A stretch of DNA of 64,000 bases, taken from positions 1,178,001 to 1,242,000 of the forward strand of contig OX597822.1 in the NCBI GenBank assembly GCA_951406725.2, read 5' to 3'. The notes under the pieces were generated by a model, which saw only the letters and a program-made list of their open reading frames with translations, made no database searches and was not told the DNA's origin. The DNA comes from Octopus vulgaris (lineage: Eukaryota). The first letter of the stretch is position 1; the number at the start of each line of letters is the position of its first letter. Shown piece by piece: positions 56,439 through 64,000 of the stretch. The position numbers and the translations under genes are program-made.

Positions 56439-56466
56439 CATATATATATATATACATATATATATA

Positions 56467-56655
56467 CTTTATTTAAATGCAGCAGAAATATAACAAAAAC
56501 TGTTACTCAGAGTTTCAGGTTCTCGTCAGTCGGAAACTCTGAGTAACAGCTTTTGTTATATTTCTGCTGCTTTTAGATAAAGCATATTACTCTACCTCTG
56601 GTACTTCGAGTACTCTTTTTTCCATCTTGTTTCACATTTATGTGCTTACTCCGGT
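56467..56655 (+). mobile_element. Fold-back short element (family of 26510-26684)
   Basis: Arms 56467-56516 and 56533-56582; apex contains a degenerate hammerhead core; same 3' end cttactccggt before (TA)n. Confidence 0.75.
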
Positions 56656-56879
56656 ATATATATATATATATATATGTATATATCAGTTAGACCCAGCGCT
56701 GAAAGTTACAACATTTCGAATACGTTTATGTATACAATATGATTGAATATAGAAAAATATGTCTTCGTATTCGAAATGCCTTAACTGTCAGTACTGACTA
56801 TAAATTCCATGGAATATCTATAGAGATAACGTCAGAAAGTTGAAACTTTTAACATGCTTGGCTGTATTGTAGGGCTGCA

Positions 56880-57100
56880 AACAAAATATGGTATCCCGAC
56901 CAGGACAGCCACACATTTTTGGACTTTTTTCTTTCTTCCCGGACATTTAATCTCTTCTCTTTCGTCTCTCTTCGTATTGACGAAGAGTCATGCCCGAAAC
57001 GTTACACACACATTCATTTTCTCATCTTATACTGAGCGTCATTGTATACGTCTTTTTGACTTTTGTCATCTTTCATTTTTTTATAATATTTAATTTGCCT
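56880..57100 (+). mobile_element. Diverged hammerhead-bearing short element related to 24117-24300
   Basis: ttgacgaagagtcatgcccgaaacgtt (56977-57003) followed by ctgagcgtca, as in the 205-bp family. Confidence 0.5.
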
Positions 57101-57145
57101 ATATATATATATAAAAGTAATTTTGACCACCACTTAAACATGGTT

Positions 57146-57309
57146 GTTTCGTAGGAGGTTAACGCCATTTTCAACCCCCAGCTAAGTATTCTATGCAATT
57201 TGCACCCGATATATATTTGTTGGGGATATATATTGCTTGAGTATATATATTGCTTGGGGATATGTATTGCTTGGGTTAAAAATAGCAGTAACGTAGGTTC
57301 CTACGAAGC
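57146..57309. repeat. Imperfect inverted repeat enclosing a ~19-20-bp tandem repeat
   Basis: ttcgtagga/tcctacgaa and attttcaaccc/gggttaaaaat arms; gatatatattgcttggg-like units x4 inside. Confidence 0.65.
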
Positions 57310-57378
57310 ATTTATATGTATATTTATGAATATACCTTTATATATATGTCTGTGTGTGCATATGTATATATTTATTTA

Positions 57379-57447
<69 letters not shown>

Positions 57448-57838
57448 TCAATATAAGGGTAGCAAAAAACATTCAAGAAAAATTCAAGAAAAATTTTCTG
57501 CAGGGTACAAAGTTGAAAGGGATAAATGTTTTTATTTCTCCTTTAGTTTTCAGAATTACTACTATTTTTGCGGTTTGAGTTTAGCTGCTCTTTTCAACTG
57601 AGTTGAACGACATGTCAGGGTCATTCCTTAATACTTTTGTTGTATATATATATATATTGATACATACATACATTCATATATACACGTATGTTTATGTACG
57701 TAAATACATATGCATAAATATTTATGCACACACACATATATGTATACGTTGATATATATGTAGGTACATTTATATGAATATGCATATATAATTGTATATA
57801 GACTTATATATGTGTGTATGAGCAGACAATCTTAATGC

Positions 57839-57878
<40 letters not shown>

Positions 57879-58532
57879 GCAGAAGCAACAGCTTCTCCGT
57901 GTTTCATAAATCATAAATCGGATTCTCGTTTTAGAATGCATCAGCTTTCATAACTAAACCCGAAGTTGCGTTAAAACCTGGACACATTGGGGAGTTACCC
58001 TGTGGACAGAAAGTATAGGAAAGCCGATATTTATCGATGTATGCTGATGCTGCTTCTAATAAATAAATACTATAGGATCCAGTAAATTGCTCCAGGGGAA
58101 TACGATGTTCTTACGCTGGATTGAGTACATACAGGACACTTCATGCCCTAAGTAATTTTTTGGTGCCTATAAACACAAAGGATCACATACACATATGTGT
58201 ATGTATGTATGTAAGTGTGTGAGTGGGTATGTATGTATACATTTTCTCTTTATACTATATTTCACTTAGCCTTGGCCTTGTTGTCCCAATTTAACACAAA
58301 CAGAGACAAGATTGGAATATAACCCGAAGAAACATAACTAAATCTCATCGTGCAAACAAAGAGTTGCAACATCAAATACCTGAATTCTTGGAGAGCTATG
58401 TTACGCTGAAACAATTGCAGCGATTAAAAAATAACTCCTTGTTCACTCCAGTTTCTTCAATATTATATTTATATATATGTATATATATGTAAATTGATCA
58501 AAATAAAATAAAAACATGATGCGAAGGATTCA

Positions 58533-58606
58533 GCGGTACATATGTTTCGGGCCTTTATTAGACAGATTTATATGCATAATGTATGTCTGTGGCCTTCTTC
58601 AGCCGC
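58533..58606 (-). ncRNA. Type I hammerhead motif, canonical core, extended stem II
   Basis: Minus strand gcgg CUGAAGA a ggcc acaga...ucugu...ggcc c GAAAC AUAU GUA ccgc; stem I gcgg/ccgc, palindromic stem III. Confidence 0.78.
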
Positions 58607-58729
58607 GCACAACAGCTTCCGCAAGGACATGTGTTAGATCAAAAATTCTTGGTTGGGGATGCAAATCCTCTCATTCACGTACGACATAATGCGGCAGCAG
58701 CATAGAATTGAAGCGTCCATCTCTTTCTT

Positions 58730-58889
<160 letters not shown>

Positions 58890-58890
58890 C

Positions 58891-59778
58891 GTGTGTCATG
58901 CCATAAATAATGCAGTTTTTAATACTAATTTTATTTTTCAAACGTAGATCTTTCTCAATCTAAAATATACTCTCCTTCCTTTTCTACAGTGCTTTTACAT
59001 GTACCTGGTAGACTTGCAAGGCCCTCTTTCAAAATTCAGTTGACGCAAAATACTCCTCTAGTACTGTTTTCACTTCGTCTACAGAATTCATATTTTTTCC
59101 ATCCAAATGATTATGAAGACTGTTGAAGAAATGATAATCAGATGGGACAATGCCCAGCGAATATAGTGGTTGGGGCATCGTTTCCCATTCAAAGTGCTCC
59201 AGCCTTTGGAATGTCATCCTCGCTGTATCTGGCTAAGAATTATCCTGATGGAGGAACATTTTTCGTCTTGAAACCAAAGCTGGTCGTTTTCCGATGGCAC
59301 GCTGGTGTCAATGAATGGTTGAATGACCAGATCCAACCTCCTAGTACCTGAACATTTCCGATAGGACTTTCTTCAACCAGGGTTTGCAGAACATCCTCAT
59401 CGAGTTCTACAGATCTTCCACGATGAGGTTCGTCTTCTAGGCTGTAGTTTCCGGGTCGGAATTTCTGGAACCACTATTGACACTGGCTTATGGCCTATGC
59501 TTCTTGTCCGATCCCCATATACTGCATTAATATTACACGCACTTTCCGTTGCATTGTTGCTTTTATTGAACCCATGCCGAAAATTCTCTTTTGTCACTTC
59601 CATCATTGATTTTAAAAAGTACTGCTAGTATCGAACTGCACACTTCAAAACTTGCACCAAGAATGAGTACTAGGTAAAATTACTACCTGGTCCTATATCA
59701 AGTTGATGCAAATAGTTTACTCCGAACCGCTCCGACTTCCTGCAATTGAAAAACCTCATTATTTATGGTATGACCTGA
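58891..59778 (-). mobile_element. Internally deleted mariner transposon with both TIRs
   Basis: TIRs gtcatgccataaataatgcagtttt (58895-58919) and aaaacctcattatttatggtatgac (59750-59774) in TA context; peptides GFNKSNNATESACNINAVYGD and PQPLYSLGIVPSDYHFFNSL. Confidence 0.88.
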
Positions 59779-60205
59779 TATATATATATATATTATATAC
59801 GTGATTTAAGAACGAAGATATTATTACAATATGATTATTAAAAGAAAATGTGTGTACTTTTAACAACTTTGTAAGCTTTTATTCCAGGTACCGATGAGTA
59901 CAACTTTGGTAATTCCGATTTTCTATTCTGAATATCGGAGTCTTTTTGTATGAAACAAATTATATAGACACATGAAAAGTAAAAGAATAAAATCCATTTT
60001 AACATCTAATCACCTCCCTTAAATAAATATGAAGCGAATTGTTGAACTGTTTAATAAGTTAAATCGTATACTGTTTACTTCTATATAAGTTTCCATACCT
60101 ATACAAATTTACATTAGTAAATTCAATAGTAAGGTATGAAGAAACAACAGACATCTTTTGAAATTACTCCAATTAAAGGACGAACTCACATTCATCCATT
60201 GAAAA

Positions 60206-60261
<56 letters not shown>

Positions 60262-60277
60262 AAAGACACACACACAA

Positions 60278-60330
<53 letters not shown>

Positions 60331-61671
60331 TAAATATATATGGAAACACAGATATGTATATATATATATCCTTATATATTATTTGTTGTCCTTTTTTCTC
60401 TAATATATACCTACTAACCCGGAAGCATACCACGGACCCTTGGCCTCAGCCTCTGCTGAGAACTTGGAAACCAGGAATAGCATTTACACAGCGTACCTAT
60501 TCGTTTAGATCATTAGTGAACTAAACTCCTCATATTCCCTCTCCATAAGTATGTATATATATATATATATATATTTATTTATTATATAGAAGGAGCTTCA
60601 CCTACATATATATATATATATATATAAACACATCATCATACATTCCGATCCATACGCACAAAGGCATATATAGTTGAATGCAAGTGCCATCGTAGACAGC
60701 GAGAACCTTATAAATATGTAGTCGAGAGACAGAGGGAGAGAAAGAAAGAGAGAGAGTGAGTGAGAGATGGGGTAGAGATAGGGTGAGAGAGAGAGATACA
60801 AAATAATAGCGATAAACATCACGCAATTACGGGAAAATATTTATTATTTCAAATGAAGCTATCATAATTCATACATTTCGTAAAGTTTTAATCTCAGACC
60901 GTGTTGAGACAGAAAATCTCAGGAAATTACATCATGGGACTGCCATTTTAGTATTATAACAACACACATATATACACTGTTATATATGCACACTTTTTCC
61001 TTATTTCTCAAATGCACAATATATTATCAAGTGTCAGAAAGTTCCGACGTAGTTCTGTGATTGGTTGCTGCTAAATTTCCGCAGCAACTTAAATTTAAGA
61101 AAATATTATGTAATTATTACAGCAGACACATTTGTATATTAATAAGATGTTATATAAAAATTACATGAATTATTTCCCAGCATGTGATATTTTAAAATAT
61201 AGAGTCTCGTAGCAAATATATATATATTTAATCTTGCGAATATGACATTTAATTAGATGGTCAAAAATGTAGACAAATATCAACATGAACTTGACATAAT
61301 ATAATAGCTTTTAACGTTAATATACAAAAGGCAGAGGTATATAATTTCGGTACAGGGGCATGGATTTTATGGGGAAGCGGACAAAATATATCGAATCCGG
61401 TATTTTTGAGGATCATTGTTTTATCGACAACAAAATAATGAAAGGCAAAGTTCAGTGCACAGGGGAATATGTCGGAAGAAGTGACGATTAACATTTTATC
61501 CGACATGCCAACGATTCTGCAAGCTAACATGTCCACGTATGCGTGTGTGTATGTGTGTATATATGTTTTCATGTAGGTAAAACTTTAAGCACAGATTTAT
61601 AACTGTATGCTTGGTTTTAAAGTGTATGTATATATATGTATATATAATGCATATGAATGTGTATATTTATG

Positions 61672-61723
<52 letters not shown>

Positions 61724-61874
61724 TATACGTATACATGTATATATGTATATATATATTTGTATATGTATGTATATATGTATATATGTGTATGTATAAATGT
61801 ATATGCATATGTATATATATGTATATATGTATATATATATATATGCATGTATCTATGTATATATATGTATTTAT

Positions 61875-62195
61875 CTCTCTCTATATAAACGGCAGTTTGT
61901 CTGTGCGTTTTCTGTGTGTCTGTTTTCTCGTACCCTCACTCTGACCACGGCTTTCAACCGATTCTGATGAAACTATAGCCCAATGTCATAATTCAAAACT
62001 AACGCAGCGAAAATTTTGAAAAGTTCCCCCAGTTCTGAAAAAGATCGATAAATTCGACATGGGGTCGAGAATCTGAAACCCAAACCACAGACCGTCTAGG
62101 GGACGCAACTCCACCTTTTTATCCCTCAAAAAAAATTTACCATCATTTTTTTTCCATTTTTTTGCTATTTTTTGGCTATAACTCTATAAAATGCT
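61875..62195 (+). mobile_element. Possible non-autonomous Helitron-like 5' segment
   Basis: Starts tctatataaacggcagtttgtctgt.. and contains accgattctgatgaaact, resembling recalled Helitron/HINE 5' motifs; no 3' hairpin or CTRR end seen. Confidence 0.4.
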
Positions 62196-62407
62196 ATATG
62201 CATGTATCTATGTATATATATGTATTTATATATATATATATATATACATATGTATATATTTGTGTGTATATATATGTATACATTTATATATATATAGGTA
62301 TATATATATATATATATGTATTTTATGCATATATATGTATGTATATGTCTATATTATTTTATTTATTTTTATTTTATTTTATTTTATTTTATCTAGTTTC
62401 AGCTCAC

Positions 62408-62437
<30 letters not shown>

Positions 62438-62438
<1 letters not shown>

Positions 62439-63187
62439 CTAGTTTCAGCTCACGAGCTGTGGCCATGCTGGGGCACCGCCATTTGGTGTTGCTACGTGGT
62501 TTTACTTCACGAATGCTTTTTAGCAACTGCCATTTGGTGCATGAGAGAGTTCGATGCAGCTGCCCTCATCTGCACCTCCTGCCGTGAAGTTGGTTCATCT
62601 GGGACACCTGACAAGAAGAGATCCAGTTTTATTTTAAAGACATCTGCATCCACCCCATGCAGGTCTCTCAGGTCCTTCGGGAGGATATTGAAGAGCTGTG
62701 GGCCTCGGAAGCCCAGGCTATCACAGTATCTTGTCCTACATCTTGATGGCAAATTTGGAGTCCTTGGCACTATGCAGTGGCGCCCAGTTCTGGCATTTGT
62801 GTAACTCTCGATGCCTAAGTTTGGGACAAGTCCTTCTAGGATCTTCCAGATGTATATTATGGCATATCTTTCTCACTTACGCTCTAAGGAATAGAGTCTC
62901 AATCTCTTGAGTCTTTCCCAGTAGCTTATATGCTGCACAGAGGCCATCTTCTTCGTGTAGCTTAGTTGGATCGCCTCAAGTTCTGTGATTAATTTGACAC
63001 TGGATGGTGACCATAGCTGAGAGCAATAGTCAAAGTGGCTTAGGACAAGTGTCCTCCAGAAGACCATCGTGGTTCCTGGTCTCTTGTTCTAAAGTGTCTA
63101 AGAATCCATCCGGTCAGCCGCCTACATTTCATTGCCAATTTAGCAACATGCACATGAAAGGTTGCATCATTACTCATGTAAATACCC
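62438..63187 (-). mobile_element. 5'-truncated CR1/L2-group LINE (RT thumb/C-terminus + 3' tail)
   Basis: [79 protein letters not shown]; stop and frameshift present; ends in (AATC)n; exact clade uncertain. Confidence 0.85.
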
Positions 63188-63899
63188 GTTTCCTTGTTTG
63201 GTTTTATGTTTTCGTATCTCGTTGTGTTCTACGTTTATTTGTGGTGTCCTGTACTCATATATGTATGTATATATACATATATATGTAGGTATGTACATAT
63301 ATGTATGTATGTATGCATATGTTTTATTTATTAAATTGCTATTATATGATTGAACGCACGCGTCGTTTTCTTCTTCTTCCAAATGAGTTTTATTTATATA
63401 TATATGTAAATATGTATATATGTTTATATATATACGTATATATACATATATATGAATGTATTTATGCGTACAAATAGGTGTATATATAGGCATATACGTA
63501 TATAATTGTATATATATGCATATATAGATATGTATATATATGTATATATATATATAGGTATATGTATTTATAGATATATATATATATATGTGTGTGTGTG
63601 TATATGTATGCATATATGTATATATATATATATGTATGTATATATATGTACGTATATGTATATGTATGTGTATATGCATATGTTTATATATGTATATGTA
63701 TATATATATGTGTATAGATGCATATATATATGGATATTTATGTAGATAGATGTCTATATATGTATATATATATATATATATATATGCATATGCATGTATA
63801 TATAATATATGTATATATATATGTGTGTGTGTATATATGTATATATATATGTGTATATATGTATGAGTATATATATACCTATATATGTGTGTGTGTGTA

Positions 63900-64000
63900 C
63901 ACAGTCCGATAAATAAGTATCCGGACTTTTGCCTACTGATGAGGCTATAGCATGCATTATGAAACCGCTGGGTAAACTTTGACCTTCAACTCTGCTGGGC
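63900..64000 (+). mobile_element. Possible start of a Tc1/mariner element (left TIR), cut by the window edge
   Basis: cagtccgataaataagtatccggact after TA resembles mariner-type TIRs; partner not visible. Confidence 0.35.

Noticed and set aside
63936-63980. ctgatga...gaaac...gta hammerhead-like motif
   Set aside because: Stem II does not close next to the core and stem I does not pair; it lies in a probable DNA-transposon subterminal region

Overview
AT-rich, microsatellite-saturated eukaryotic non-coding DNA (intron or intergenic). The SINE repertoire points to an octopus/coleoid cephalopod genome (inference from recalled families, not a search). No host protein-coding exon can be supported, and nearly all listed ORFs are (TA)n/(CA)n/(TAA)n artefacts. 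Real coding remnants are all transposon-derived: a 5'-truncated R4/Dong-type RT-RLE retrotransposon with ~575 open codons (35137-37080), further Dong fragments stacked head-to-tail in (TAA)n, a CR1/L2-group LINE 3' end, an RTE 3' end, two mariner deletion derivatives and a Penelope-like (PLE) GIY-YIG remnant. There are also more than 20 tRNA-derived SINE copies and a decayed 18S rRNA fragment. The most striking unannotated signal is about 16 hammerhead-ribozyme-like motifs, found by eye on both strands, in short elements embedded in (TA)n. Several have a shared CCGA core variant or very long stem II, and several sit at the turning point of fold-back palindromes. A bipartite (5'+3') internally deleted Dong element and a SINE/LINE shared 3' tail with covarying hairpin are also visible. 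Element boundaries are approximate (about +/-10-20 bp); motif coordinates were counted from the sequence.
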